From Eledone cirrhosa (lineage: Eukaryota): DNA of 64,000 nucleotides. The notes beneath the pieces were generated by a model. The model saw nothing but the letters and a program-made list of their open reading frames with translations, searched no databases and was not told the DNA's origin. Position numbers and translations under genes: made by a program. Shown here one piece after another: positions 13,014 through 29,766 of this stretch (positions are counted from its first letter, which is position 1; each line of letters begins with the position of its first letter). The stretch spans positions 34,782,001-34,846,000 of the forward strand of contig OZ024755.1 of NCBI GenBank assembly GCA_964016885.1, given 5' to 3'.

Positions 13014-13527
13014 CTAAAATTATTCAGTTAAAAGAAAAGAAAATATATCTACAGTTATAAAGGTCAACCTTGCTACTTTTCCCCTCACTTCCAAATTGCT
13101 CGCCTCTCCCTCCATCTAGGTAAAACTTGTCATAACTGGCCACTCATACTGATGTTAAGGTATTGTTCTCAAAATAAATATCAAAATCTCATAGATTCGA
13201 TATTATGTGAGATAATTATGTGAGGTAAAGCCTTTACAATGAAAATACAATAGTATATATAGAGTAATGTAAATGGTAAAGGGTTAAAGCTATGTTCAAA
13301 CACCAGTTTAATAAGGGCCAACAATTTCAGGAGAATGGGAAAGTCAAAAAAATTTATCTCACTACATTACTGGTACTTTATTATATTGATCCCAAAACGA
13401 TGAAAGACAAAGCTAACTTCAACAGGATTTCAACTCAGAACACAAAGGGACGTAACTATATACCACAAAGCATAATGTCCAATACTCTACTGATAGTGCC
13501 AATCTACAGCCTGAAGTACTAGCTTAA

Positions 13528-13725
13528 CCCTTTAGCATTTAAACCGGCCAGAATTCTCTCACTTCTCTTTGTTCAAACCAACTGTAATTGGCTGCTCATA
13601 CTGATGTTAAGGCATTGTTCTCAAAATAAATAACATCAAAATCTCGTAGATTCGGTATTATGTGAGATAAAGCCTTTACCACAAAAATACAATAGTATAT
13701 ATAGAGTAATGTAAATGCTAAAGGG
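13528..13725 (+). mobile_element. piggyBac-type MITE, unexpanded form
   Basis: TTAA|CCCTTTAGCATTTA...TAAATGCTAAAGGG|TTAA. Further copies at 50208-50662 (-) and 57517-57723, plus partials at ~13120-13288, 18355-18406, 19210-19670 and 39560-39787. Confidence 0.85.
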
Positions 13726-14514
13726 TTAATAAGGAGAAAATTAGTTCTATTATTATTGCTAAATGTTTGATTGCTTTCAAAAAGTTTTGAAAATCATATG
13801 CATTATATTTTTTATATTAGAAATATGATAATGAAAGGGTTAAGTATATAGTTGCTTGAATTAACACCAGTGTTTGCCTGGTACGTAAATATATAAACCC
13901 CAGAATATTGAAAAACAACAAAAATGGAATGTTTTGAAGCCAGAGAACGAGGTATGGAACAAAATATTGGGTTCTGATTTAGGCACAAAACCTACAGTTT
14001 TTTTTTGGGGGGGGGGGAGAGGGGAAAGTTGATTAAAACCACTCGGTGCGTTACTGGTACTTTATTTTATCAACCCAGTAAGGATGAAAGGCAAAGTTAA
14101 CCTCGGCGGGATTTGAACTCAGAACATAAAGAGCCATAACTCTATGCTGCAAAGCACGTTGTCCAACAATCTACCTATACCGCCACAAAATATTGAAATA
14201 TATTTAGCCCATCAGCTTGTTATTCATATCATTGATCTGACAAGGATTAAAGATTAAACTGGATCACAAGTTTGTTACTCATCGAACAAAGCTATTATTC
14301 TGTCAGAAAACCAAGTCTGCTGAATAATTGATAAATATTTTACTGATATATGCAAAATATGTTCACAGCAAAAGTGAAATGTTAACCCCATTCTGGACAT
14401 AGGGTAATTAAATTGGCCTGTTTACATTTTTACATTGAATTTACATAAAATTTGCTGGCATTAAAGTTAAATCAATTAGTAGAGGTTATAGTTGAAAATC
14501 AACAACAACAGAAT

Positions 14515-17560
<3,046 letters not shown>

Positions 17561-17790
17561 CATCATCACTGTTCTATGCTAGCATAGATTATATATATAT
17601 ATATATTAGAAAAGTCAACAAGAAAAATCATGGTGAGAACAATGATGATATATTAGTTTATTGTTTGATATAGTTGAAAAAGAGTGTCCACGTTTCAGAT
17701 GTTAATCCATCATTGGAAGATTGAGTGGGAGAGAGAGGAAGAAGAAAGAGAAATATAGATGAGAGTAGGAAAATAAAAATAAACATAATA

Positions 17791-18133
17791 TGGAGGCACA
17801 TGGCTTAGTGGTTAGAGCATTGGCCTTGCAATCGAAAGGTTGTGAGTTCAATTCTCAGACCGGGTGATGTGTTGTTTCCTTGAGCAAGGCACTTTATTTC
17901 ACATTGCTCCAGTTTACTCAGCTGTAGAAATGAGATGATAGGGACTGGGGTCCCTATCATTCCACTGCAAAGTGGTCGTGGAGGTGCCACAGCAAAAAGG
18001 CACCCAGTACTCACTGTAAATGAGGTTGGTGTTAGGAAGGGCATCCAGCTGTAGAAATCAAGCCAGAATCTGTTCCCGTCCAACCCTTGCAAGCAGGGAA
18101 AAGCGGACGTAAAATGAAATGATGATGATGATG
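17791..18133 (+). mobile_element. Full-length SINE family A
   Basis: ggaggcacaTGGCTTAGTGGttagagc...GAGTTCAATTC...gcggacgtaaaatgaaa(tga)n. Confidence 0.9.
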
Positions 18134-18451
18134 AATATGGAACGACAGAGGCTCTCATGTCGTATGGGGTACAAGTGTGTGTATATGTGTGAGAGAGTGT
18201 GTGTGTGTGTGTGTGTGTGTGCACATGCACACATGAGCTCAGTCAACTTTATATATGTTCATATGCATACGCACACATGCGGACACACACGCACGCACAC
18301 ACAAGTAGAGGTATTTCTATTTTAGAACCCAAAATGGTTCTAATTCTTTCATGAGAGGTGAGAGAATTCTGGCCGGATATGGCTGGTTTAAATGCTAAAG
18401 GGTTAATTCTAAACACACTCAGAGATTGGGAATGACTTGCCAAGAACTCAC

Positions 18452-18504
18452 CGGGTATACACAGGAACTTTCCATAGAAGAAATTCATCAGTGATGTGAA
18501 TACT
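18452..18504 (-). CDS. Candidate internal exon of an unidentified host gene (SIHITDEFLLWKVPVYTR)
   Basis: ttatttccag| 53-nt open frame |gtgagt, in non-repeat sequence. Confidence 0.4.
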
Positions 18505-19832
18505 CTGGAAATAATTCACCTTAATCTTTTGTTCACAACTCTAGTCTCTCAGTAACCAAGGTGTTATCTACTAATTGAAGAAATTACAAAAATGCTTCAC
18601 AAGGCCAAATCCGAAACTTCTATCAGTGACCTAAACATATAATCCTTGCGCCTCTATTCTGTGGAATACTGTTGGTGGATTGGCAGAGTTATTAGAGCAT
18701 CAGACAACATGCGATGTGACAGTTATGACACTTTGCTTTCTGAGTTCAAATCCTATCAAGGTTAACTTTGCATTTCATCCTCCTGGGGCCAACAAAATAA
18801 CGTATAACAATATCAGTTGATATATTTGACTTTCCACTCCAACAGGTTGCTGGCCTTATGTATAAGGAGGAAGAGGTTAATATCTACAGGAATGCAGATG
18901 AGGAATGAGATGTGATGAGAAATTCAGATGAAAGATTATGATAAATATCTTGTGTGGGGTTTGTTAGGAGAAACACAGTTAAGATGGTGAGGAGAGGAAA
19001 AGTTAAGAGGACGGCAGCCAAAACGTTGGCTTGACAATGTCAACTGATGGAGTGGACTTGATCTTTGTTCTTTGAACTCTGCTGTTGGTAATTGAACTTT
19101 GTGGAGAGAGATATCACATGTTAATGCGCAGTTTGCAACTGGCAGAGTTTAGTGTCACAAAATGGTCTTTGGCAACCAATTTATAGAATGTATTTTGGTG
19201 GTGCTGCTTTAACCCGTTATTGTATTTTCGTAATAAAGGCTTTATCTCACATAATATCGAAGCTATGAAATTTTAATATTATTTATTTTGAGAACAATAT
19301 GTTAACAATTTAGTGTTCAAACCGGCCCAAACCAGCCAGAATTCTCTACCTTTTTCTGTTGAAACTGGCTGTAACAGGTTGCTCAAACTGATGTTAAGGT
19401 ATTATTCTCAAAATAAATACTTTCAAAATCTCATAGATTCAATATTATGTGAGATAATTATTTGAGGTAAAGCCTTTACCATGAAAATATAATAGTATAT
19501 ATAGAGTATATATAATAGTATATATAGAGTATATATAATAGTATATATAATAGTAAATATAATAGTATATATAGAGTTAAAGGGTTAATATCTGTATGAG
19601 CGGCCAGTTACATCCAGTTTAAACAGAAGGGGGGGGAGAGAATTCTGGCTGGATATGGCAGGTTTAAATGTCCAATTGTGATGTCACTATAATATCTTTG
19701 CCATTTTTCTGGTAACATTACCAAGTTCCCTATACATTCTACATTATCTTTACCATTGTTTCCAACATTGTTGCTACTACTGTTACTTCTTTATGTAGAT
19801 ATTTCTATAGTCTTTACTGTCATTACCAGTTA

Positions 19833-19995
19833 TCATCATCATCACCGCTTTTCCCTGCTTGCAAGGGTAGGACGTGTCCTATTCAGCACAGTATATCTCC
19901 ATTCGTCATGGTCCTTCGTCATCCGTGAGCTGCAGTGATCTGAGGTCTGCTCTCACCACCTCCGCCCATGTTTTTCCTGGTCTTCCTCTACTGCT
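19833..19995 (-). pseudogene. RTE LINE 3' end sharing its tail with SINE A
   Basis: RGRPGKTWAEVVRADL peptide followed by ccttgcaagcagggaaaagcgg(tga)n. Confidence 0.75.
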
Positions 19996-20022
19996 TCTTC
20001 TTTTTTTTATATTATTATTATT

Positions 20023-20490
20023 ACCAACAACAACAACATCCTCATTGCCAACAACACCAATACCACCACCACCAACAACACCACCAACACCACCAACAAC
20101 AACACCAACAACACCAACACCACCAACACCAACAACACCACCAACACCACCAACAACAACACCAACAACACCAACATCAACAACACCACCAACAACAACA
20201 CCAACAACACCAACAACACCACCAACACCAACCACACCAACAACACCACCAACAACACCAATAACACCAACAACACCACCAACACCCCCACCAACAGCAA
20301 CACCAACAATACCACCACCAACACCAACAACAACACCAACACCACCAACAACACCACCAACACCACCAACACCAACACCACCAACAACACCAACCACACC
20401 AACACCACCACCAACAACACCACCAAAAACACCACCACCATCAACAACAACAACATCATTGCCAACACCAACAACACCAACAACAACATT
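20023..20490. repeat. (CAA/CCA)n compound microsatellite
   Basis: Directly visible. Confidence 0.95.
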
Positions 20491-20659
20491 ACTAATTATC
20501 ACAATTATCATTAGTAATATTCTGAGTTCAAATCCCGCCGAGGTTAACTTTACCTTTCATCCTTACGAGGTCGATAAAATAAAGTACCAGTAATACACTG
20601 GGGTAATTGCTGGCATTGTGCCCAAAGTAGAAACAATTATCATTATTAATATTTTTATT

Positions 20660-21412
20660 TTGGGGCCGGGGCCTATGGACAACTTCCAGAAATCCCTGGC
20701 CGGGCAGTGCTACCGAGGAGCATTGCCAGTTCGGGATAAACACTACAGGCATGGAAGTACTATCAGCCGGGCATGTCCGAGATGCACGTAGGGCGATAAA
20801 ACCATCTTGCACGCACTCGTCCAGTGTCCGAACATTGTTGACTTGTGGGTTTATGTCGAACACCTGCTGTCGCGTGTATGACGGATCTGGCTATCAGCTG
20901 AGTCCATCGTGAGGATTGCCCCGCCCTCTTCCTTTAGCCAGGAAGGGCAGGCAGTTTTTATCTGTCTGGTGGCCATGGCGAAAGAGATAGTATGGTGGAC
21001 ACATTTGAAAGGGCTGAAGACGAGCACTTACCTCTACGGTGATGCCCTGATTAACTTTTTCAAATTTCATTTGAAAATGAAAATCAGGGTAGAGAGGGAA
21101 GTGCTCTCTTCCCAGCATTTTGTTGAAAGATGGGTGAGAGAGGCAAGAATGGCCCGAGTGAATGGGCCTACTCTGAGTATGTGCCTGTAAACTGAAGGTG
21201 GAAAACTGGGAGAGGCACTGGTGGCTTTTTTAATGGGCTTTCTCCACGATGGCCCTCGGAAGTCTCCCCCCTATTGGGGAATTTTTCACTGTTTTTCTTT
21301 TTGTTACATCCTCTGTTTTTGTTTTTTTTGCACGCAGAAATGCCCATTTGTACCGTCCTGTATTGTCCTTAATGTCTTACTTTGTGTAAACCCTTGTGGT
21401 TAATAAAGAAAG
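20660..21412 (+). mobile_element. 5'-truncated L1/Tx1 relative with 19-bp target-site duplication
   Basis: Encodes GPGPMDNFQKSLA...MAKEIVWWT...MARVNGPTLSMCL*, similar to the ORF2 C-terminus at 36620-37161. Ends AATAAAGAAA. cattattaatatttttatt is duplicated at 20641-20659 and 21413-21431. Confidence 0.9.
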
Positions 21413-21798
21413 CATTATTAATATTTTTATTATTACTATTATTATTAATATTATTATTATTATTGTAGATGTTCTTATCACTATATTTATTATCACAACT
21501 GATGTGTTATGCAGCTGTTACCACTAAGTGTTTCTATTACAACACACTTTGTCATTTTTGTTGAATGTTCAACTATATAAACATACATAGCTACATCAAT
21601 CTGTTGCAACACTCTGCACATTTACAGCTCTTCATCTCATGATTTACTGTTATACCAGATGTTCAAAACTAGTTGTATCTTTTCTTTACAATGATATCTA
21701 TTGATATATCTGTCTGTCTGTCTATCTCTCTGTCTGTTTCTGCTCACCCCTCCGTCCATCATTATGACCATCCATCTGTTCATCCAAATATCTATACT

Positions 21799-21829
<31 letters not shown>

Positions 21830-21831
<2 letters not shown>

Positions 21832-22080
21832 TTTATAAGCCTGTAGGTTGAGGAAGAGAGCAACAGGAAGAAAGGAGCACTTGCACAACACGCTCCTCGA
21901 GTTGAGGGTTGTTCTATCGACGGGGTATTAAACAACCCATTTGTGGCGCCTCCCCCCTATTGGGGATTTCGATTGTTGAAATTGTTTGTTTTTATATTTT
22001 TTACACGACTGTATGTAAAATCCCCGGCATGTCTTTGTATTGTCCCCTTTCTTGTTGCGCCCTTGTGGCTAATAAAGAAA
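21830..22080 (+). mobile_element. L1/Tx1 3'-UTR fragment embedded in (TCTA)n
   Basis: Begins at the ORF2 stop region (agcctgtag), ends ctaataaagaaa, with TCTA repeats on both sides. Confidence 0.8.
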
Positions 22081-22149
22081 TCTATCTATCTATCTATCTA
22101 AAGAAAGATATCTATCGAACTATCTATCTATCTATCTATCTATGGTGCT

Positions 22150-22510
22150 GAGAGTTGTTCTATCTACAGGATGTAAAACAATCCCGCAGTAAAGCCCTCC
22201 TCCCATTTTGGTGATTTCAGAACATAAGCTGGTAACATCCCACTTTGAGAGAGATATATGTCGGCCTCCCACGCATATCTGTCATTGTACATAAAAGTGC
22301 CACCGTGCCACCTCTGAGGCTGTGTCCCCCATTAGTGCTTTAGAAACCACAAGCAGTCACTAATAACAGGGGGCACAAGCTCTCCTACCCTGATGTCATC
22401 TCCAGAGATTCTGCTATTGAAATTCAGGACTTGGTAACGGCAATGAACGACAGACCCACATGGAGATCAATTGTTGAGTCGATCTTGGCTGAGGAGCCTG
22501 GATGATGACG
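22150..22510 (+). pseudogene. RTE/RTE-X-like LINE 3' fragment
   Basis: GHKLSYPDVISRDSAIEIQDLVTAMNDRPTWRSIV peptide, ending gatgatga. Confidence 0.65.
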
Positions 22511-22543
22511 ATTGGAATTTTCAATTGTTATTTTATTTTATAA

Positions 22544-23343
22544 CTACAGCAGTACCCAGCGTTGCCTGGGTAGGTAAAATAATATCTGCTTTGATGAAAA
22601 GGTGTTGATCTTAGTGACTGCTTCTTGATGACTCATCTATGGCCACACACAGGCCATGCGGTGCAGGGTGGTGATGACCTCTATCACTGTTAAAGGCGGG
22701 TGACTGACGAATTGGCATGCTGTGGGAGGGAGTTTCGAATTTGAACGAAATCGGTTGAAAAATGTGGGAGCTAGAGCCGAAAAGGCGGAAATTTGAGCAA
22801 AAACGTGGTATTTTCGAATATTTACGCGGTTGCCACGCCGTTCCTGAACAAAAAATCCAAAATGTAAAGCCACTTTAAGACGTAAAATAATCAGATCTAG
22901 TGTAGTGCAAAATTTGAACAAAGTACATTGATTAATGTGGGAGCTAGAGCCGAAAAAGTGGAAATTTGAGTCTAAAAGTTATATTTTTGAATATTTAAGC
23001 GGCTGCCACGCCGTCCCTGAACAATAAATGAAAAATATAAAGCAATTACAGGACGTGCAATGATAAATTCTATTTTGCTTTAAAATTTGAACGAAATCGG
23101 TGGCAAATTGTGGGAGCTAGAGCCAAAAATCTTATTTTTCGATACCTAAAAAAAGTGCCCCCCCCCCCCCGATCGATTTTTATCCCCAGAATAAAAATAC
23201 GATATGCTGATATATAGAAAACACTCCCCGATGACTAATCTATGAGCCTGTAAAGTTTCATGAAAATCGGTCGTAAGATGTAGGCCCCTATAGGTAATAT
23301 ACAGACACACAGACACACATACTTAATTTTATATATATACAGA
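22544..23343 (-). mobile_element. Non-autonomous Helitron with ~173-bp internal tandem repeats, inserted in a Tx1 3'-UTR remnant
   Basis: Minus strand 5' A|TCtgtatatatataaaa with a GT/CT-rich repeat, and a 3' hairpin cccaggcaacgctggg before a mutated CTAG. Flanks 22511-22543 and 23344-23446 rejoin as a Tx1 3' UTR. Confidence 0.65.
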
Positions 23344-23463
23344 TATAATTTATTAATGTTAAAGTTTACACAACTTTTACGTAAAACCCCTGCCATCATG
23401 TCTTGTAATGTCCCATTTCTTGTGCACTCTTGTGGCAAATAAAGAAACATATCTATCTATCTA

Positions 23464-23826
23464 TACCACTTTGGAAGAAGAATCAGGATGGAGAGAGAGG
23501 TGCTGTACCCCAGCAAGTTTTATGAAAGGTGGGTGAAAGTGGCGAGAATGGCCCGAGTGAATGGGCCTTCTCTCTATATCAGCCTGTAGGTTGAGGAAAA
23601 GGAGGAGGAGAGGAAAGGAGTACAAGCTCTTCGTACTCCTGGAGATGAGGGTTGCACATTTTTTTCGGGGGTATGTGTTACCCATATAAACTGTCTCCCT
23701 CTATTGGGGAAAATCGACTAACTTTTAAATTCCATCTGTGATAACATTTTACACGTTTTTATTGTATGTAAACTTCCCCCTTTGTATTTGTCCCCTTCTT
23801 TTGTGCCCCTGTGGCTAATAAAGAAA
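23464..23826 (+). mobile_element. 5'-truncated L1/Tx1 copy, close to the full-length element, inserted in (TCTA)n
   Basis: RIRMEREVLYPSKFYERWVKVARMARVNGPSLYISL*, then a 3' UTR ending aataaagaaa. TCTA on both sides. Confidence 0.9.
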
Positions 23827-24631
23827 TATATCTATCTATCTGTCTGTCTGCCTACCCCCCTGTTTATCTCTGCATCCATCCATCCATCTATCACGATGAT
23901 TATGAAGATCCTGATTATTTACTGATCCTAAAATCACAGAGATTGTATATATATAAGTAAAGCAAGACAGGAAGTGAAGACATTCATTCTTTTCAAAAGG
24001 GTATTAAGTACAATAAATGAAAGATGATGCAACTCTGAATAAAAAATGGTTCAAGAACTGAGTTTCACAGAACATATCATTGGATCATGGCTCCATGGCT
24101 ACAATAAGATCCATTTTCTACAATCTGAGAGTTGCAATAATTATTAGGATGTAATTTTCTGGAGCTTTCGTTTGTCATGATCAACAACTGTGATAAAAAA
24201 GACACTAGCTTGATATTGCAAGATAGTAAATATAGCTATGTTACCCCCTAGCATTTCTCTCCCTCTCTCTAGCATTTTCTCTCTCTCTAGCATTCTTCTC
24301 TCTCTCTGTCTCTAGCCTTTCTTTATCTCTCTCCCCTCTATCTATCTCTGTTTCTCCCCCTCTATCGTCACTATCTCTGTCTCTCCCTCTAGCATTTCTC
24401 TCTCTCTCTCTTTCTCTCTCTGCCCTCTATCTATCTTTGTCTCTCCCGCTCTCTCTCCCTCTCGCATTTCTTTCTTTTTCTCTCATCCTCAAGCATTTCT
24501 TTCTCTCTCTCTCACCTCTATCTCTCTCCATCTTATGTCCCTCTATCTATCTTTCCCTCTCCCTCTAGCATTTCTCTCTCTTTCTCTCTCTGTGCCCTAT
24601 CTCTCATTCTCTCTCTCTTACCCTCACCCTC

Positions 24632-24677
<46 letters not shown>

Positions 24678-25029
24678 CTCTCTATCTATCTATCTCTCTC
24701 TCTCTCACCACCTTATGTCCTTAGTACATCTTCCAACTGTTCTCTAGATGTAAACCTTCTCAATGATATTTTAATCAGGGACTGGATTTCTGAAATATGC
24801 TACAGATAAAGAAATATCCAATCTTTGTAAACTAGAAAATGTTATATTTAAATAAGATATCAGAGCTAGATAACAAATATTCTGGAATATAATGTACATG
24901 AAATAAAATGTAACATCTACTTAGACATAGTCATGTCACTAGATTGTAGAAGGCTCAGCCAATAATAACATTGAAAACTTATGTATACATCTATATCTAA
25001 TCAGTATAGACTGAGCAGGAAGAACTCAG

Positions 25030-25730
25030 GGTTGTACGGGAGCCTCCCAAGAGTCAGCTTGAAGTAACATGGAGGAGACTGAGGTTAGCTGGACATGCTC
25101 ACTGACATTCAGAGTTGACACTGTACTCAGTGCTCTTGTGGGAGCCTCTGCATGGACACACTAGAAGAGGGAGACCGAGGTTGACACATGTTGATGCCCT
25201 AAGGACAGACACTGGTTTCTGGGAGATGCAGGACATGGCGGCAATGATGAAGGACAGGCACAGCTGTGGTCCTGTGGGAGCCCCTGCATGGACACACTAG
25301 AAGCGGGAGACCAAGGTTGACACATGTTGATGCCCTAAGGACAGACACTGGTCTCTGGGAGACACAGGACATGGCGGCAATGATGAAGGACAGGCACAGC
25401 TGTGGTCCTGTGGGAGCCCCTGCATGGACACACTAGAAGAGGGAGACCAAGGTTGACACATGTTGATGCCCTAAGGACAGACACTGGTCTCTGGGAGACA
25501 CAGGACATGGCGGCAATGATGAAGGACAGGCACAGCTGTGGTCCTGTAGGAGCCCCTGCATGGACACACTAGAAGAGGGAGACCAAGGTTGACACATATT
25601 GATGCCCTAAGGACAGACACTGGTCTTTGGGAGACACAGGACATGGCGGCAATGATGAAGGACAGAGACCGCTGGAAAGAACTCGTCCATGGATCTAGGG
25701 AATTTTACTTGCCCTAGATAGATAGATAGA
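25030..25730 (+). pseudogene. RTE-X-like LINE 3' fragment containing a 136-bp unit repeated 4x
   Basis: RLRLAGH...LLWEPLHGHTRRGRPRLTHVDALRTDTG...MMKDR peptide. Units start at 25138, 25274, 25410 and 25546. (TAGA)n tail. Confidence 0.75.
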
Positions 25731-26086
25731 TTCATAATCAAAGAGATCTCTGTCCACTGTCCGAATGGATGAAATACTGAGCTCTGAAGACATGAATTAC
25801 AAGTTCATGTGTATCATTGGATTATACTATTAATTGTTTCTACTTTTGGTACAAAACCAGTGTAGCAAGCAATGGCACTATTTCATGGTTGCGGAATAAT
25901 TTGGTTGTGCTTTGTCACTCGCCAGCCCTTGGGGGTTGGTGGTGTATGGATACAAAGGACAACTTCTACCCAGCAGTTGCTTCACGCCTTTTTTCAGTTC
26001 TATCCACCAGTTGGAGTTTTCACTTTGTCGACACCAGACTTTACAAATGGCGTTCCCTGGAGCAACTGGCAAGATGTAGCACTTAC

Positions 26087-26130
26087 CAAAAGACTTTGGG
26101 CCTCTCGACAAGGGTCCAGCAACATTCTTC
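26087..26130 (-). CDS. Candidate internal exon of an unidentified host gene (RMLLDPCREAQSLL)
   Basis: tttacatag| 44 nt |gtaagt. Ends in phase 0, compatible with 18452-18504; acceptor is weak. Confidence 0.3.
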
Positions 26131-26627
26131 CTATGTAAACATATTTCACACACATTCCTCGTGCAACATAAATTCTCTCCTTGTTTGTTGTTCATTTCTT
26201 TTGACTATAACAAAATGTTAATTCATGTGAGTCCATGTGAAATACTTCACAATACCAATATATATTACTAAAGACTTATTACTGAAGCAACTACGTTCTG
26301 GATTTTATTAAAAGAATTACATTTATCGTTAATTTGCAGCTCTTCACTCTCCTCATGCTTGTATTAATATGTTTGGAAGAAAATAAACCATTATTATATG
26401 TTTAAATATGCCTTCTGATCCTTTCCTCAACTATGGAATATGAACACGCAGCCTTACAATATATCTTCTTTAAGGATCCTTTCTGCAACCAAAAATATTA
26501 ATTAAAGCATTTCTGCTAAACCAGCAATTACCCCAGTGCATTACTGGTGCTTTATTTTGTTAACTGGATCCCACTTTTTGAACCACTGCTCTATATGACA
26601 CTCTATATCAGAGGTTCTTAAAGTGTC

Positions 26628-27143
26628 TGCTAAATATCAAATGATATATATATAAGTGGGCACTAGATATCAAGTAATATATATATAAGTGGATGCTAAA
26701 TATCAAATGATATATATATATATATAAGTGGGCATTAGATATCAAGTGATATATGTATATGGAGACACTTTATTTCACATTGCTCCAGTTTACTCAGCTG
26801 TAGAAATGAGATGATAGGGACTGGGGTCCATATCATTCCACTGCAAAGTGGTCGTGGAGGGGCCACGGCAAAAAAGCACCCAGCACTCACTGTAAATGAG
26901 GTTGATGTTAGGAAGGGCATCCAACTGTAGAAATCAAGCCATAATCAGTTCCCGTCCCACCCTTGCAAGCAGGGAAAAAGCGGACGTAAAATGAAATGAT
27001 GATGATGATGATATATAAGTGGGCATTAGGTATCAAGTGATATATATATATATATGTGGGCACTAGATATCAAGTGATATATATATATAAGTGGGCACTA
27101 GATATCAAATGATATATATATATATGTGGGCACTAGATATCGA

Positions 27144-27177
<34 letters not shown>

Positions 27178-27790
27178 TGGGCACTAGATATCAAGTGATA
27201 TATATATATATAAGGGCAATAAAAATAGACGGTAGCCACGGAGTAGGCAGACCCAGAAAAACCTGGGACGACCTCACACACTTACACCTCTCCAAGACAA
27301 TGTCACTGGACCAAGATCTTTGGTGCTACACAGTAATGGAGAAGACCCGCCTTACCTAAGTACAAAATGAAACCTACTACAGTCAGTAGGCACTTCTAAC
27401 AAAATACACCCTCATCCCACTACCCCCACCCCATCCACACCACCCCTTTCAATGTAAAGTTATGTTGGTACCACAACATCCAGCCCGAAACAAATGAGGT
27501 CGTGTAGGTGTCACGACAAACAAACACACAGTCCACACTGTAATGTGGCCGTGTAGGTAACACGGTAAAAACCTCCCAGTTCCACACTGTAAATGTGGTT
27601 GGTGTTAGGAAGGGCATCCAGCCGTAGAAAACCTGCCAGACAGTCCTATGCGAGCAAGACAACACTCTTGCCTCAAGTGGGAAAACTCCCGTCCAAACCC
27701 ATGCAAGTGTGGAATATGGACGTTAAACGATGATGAAGTGGGCACTAGATATCAAGTGATATATATATATATGTGGGCACTAGATATCAA

Positions 27791-27842
<52 letters not shown>

Positions 27843-27930
27843 TGGGCCCTAGATATCAAGTAATATATATATAAGTGGGCACTAGATATAAAATGATATA
27901 TAAGTGGCCACTAGATATCAAGTGATATAT
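26628..27930. repeat. Minisatellite gtgggcactagatatcaagtga + variable (TA)n, interrupted by SINE A (26763-27012) and RTE/SINE pieces (27214-27735)
   Basis: Roughly a dozen units visible on both sides of the insertions. Confidence 0.85.
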
Positions 27931-28063
27931 ATAAATATAGTAAAATAAAAATTATATATTTATTTATTTATACATTGAAATTTATACATTAAAATATATA
28001 ATATTTATACATTATATGTAATATTTATTTATACATGGCTTAAATATATAATATTTATTTATA

Positions 28064-28418
28064 CATTGGGCTTGCAATCGAAAGGTTGTGAGTTCAATTC
28101 TCGGACCGGGTGATGTGTTGTTTCCTTGAGCAGTTTACTCAGCTGTAGAAATGAGATGATAGGGACTGGGGTCCATATCATTCCACTGCAAAGTGGTCGT
28201 GGAGGTGCCACGGCAAAAAAGCACCCAGCACTCACTGTAAATGAGGTTGGTGTTAGGAAGGGCATCCAGCTGTAGAAATCAAGCCAGAATCAGTTCCTGT
28301 ATGAGCAAGACAAGGTCAGCCGACCGGACACTGCCCACAACAGGACAACCTGTCTAACCCATGCTAGCGTGGAAGAATGGACGTAAAACGGTGATGATGA
28401 TGATGATGACGATGATGA
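28064..28418 (+). mobile_element. SINE A variant with alternative longer 3' tail
   Basis: SINE A body followed by ...cccatgctagcgtggaagaatggacgtaaaacg(gat)n. The same variant occurs at 59222-59384 (-). Confidence 0.8.
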
Positions 28419-29639
28419 CTGTACAGAATGATGTATTGGTGTATCTCGAGCAGCATATTTACAGCATGGGTGTTTTGGTTGTAATTATATGTGGTTTATA
28501 ACATTGTGAAAAAAATAATATAACAAGCTAATGAAATAATAAATCATCATCAAAATAATATAACACAAAAATACAAAAGATATTTTGTTGCTAGTTAAGG
28601 TTTTAATGCTTAAATGTTCAGACAGACAAGTTAATTGAGACAGGTGAATAATTAAACTGAGCAATAGTGAGACAAGAAGAGAGAGAGATGATACTATTGT
28701 AAAATAACTTCATCATATCAGAACTATGTATGTTTGAATATGTGTATATATGAATGTGTATGTATGTAAGTATGTAGGTACATGTGTGTGTGTGTGTGTG
28801 TGTATGATATGACCCCTTAGCCTTTGTCAAGGCAGAATTCTAGGAGAAGGAAAACTCTGATATAACACCTGCAACCCTGATGGTATCCAATGATGTTGTT
28901 GTTCTTTTAGGTAAATATCATCTTGGTTAAGAGAGTGGGACTGGCTTTGTGCAGTGCCTTTGCTCACTATAAAAGCTTCACGGCACAGGCATTGCTTTAT
29001 ATCTGGAGATCACTCTGCACTTGTCGTCACATGGTACCATGGGCCCAGCACTATGTGTCAATGATTGTCACAAGTGTAGTGTTTGTACCAGAGTTTTCAA
29101 GTCACTGGCTGGACTAAAACGTCACACTCGTTCAGCGTGTCGGTGGGGGTTCTCCTACATGGATATAAAGTAGTGGCTGTACTTAAAAACGAGTTGGCAG
29201 CCACCATGTATGTACATATGTACATGTGTGTGTATGTATGTAAGTATATATGTATGTTATTCTGGTTTTATAATTTCACAAATTTTTCCCAATAGAGAGA
29301 GTTGGTTTCTAACATAGACACAAGACTCTCTCATTGGAATTTACACAGCATCAACTAGGTAGATATGTATGTATGCATGCATGTGTAGATATGGATGTTA
29401 TTGTATGTGTGCACGTGTATGTTTTGAGTTGTATGTGTGCATGTGTATATGCTTTGTATCTGTACATGTGTATATGCAGTTATTAGATGCAACATTTTTG
29501 GAATGTTTTACATATTTTTACTGTTCCATTAATGGATTGTACTTGTAATTTCCTAACTAGTTGTGTTCTTTCTGTTCCTGTGAAGCCCAACTTCTCAAGA
29601 TTTGTATTGAGGCAGTTACTAACATATCCCATAAATTTA

Positions 29640-29732
29640 TTTGTTTCAATATTTTTACACGACTGTATGTAAAATCCCCAGCATGTGTCGTTTTGACCCC
29701 CTTTCTTGTGCGCCCTTGTCGCAAATAAAGAA
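29640..29732 (+). mobile_element. Short L1/Tx1 3'-UTR fragment followed by (TCTA)n/(CCTA)n
   Basis: Matches 22000-22080 and ends aataaagaaa-tctatctatc. Confidence 0.75.

Positions 29733-29766
<34 letters not shown>

Noticed and set aside
17791-17870. tRNA-like sequence with A/B boxes
   Set aside because: It is the head of a multicopy SINE, always followed by the SINE body, with no proper acceptor stem.
18470-18491. CTGATGA...GAAA on the minus strand, and CTGAAGA + hairpin at ~25784
   Set aside because: The first has no stem II and the second has no GAAA; chance matches.
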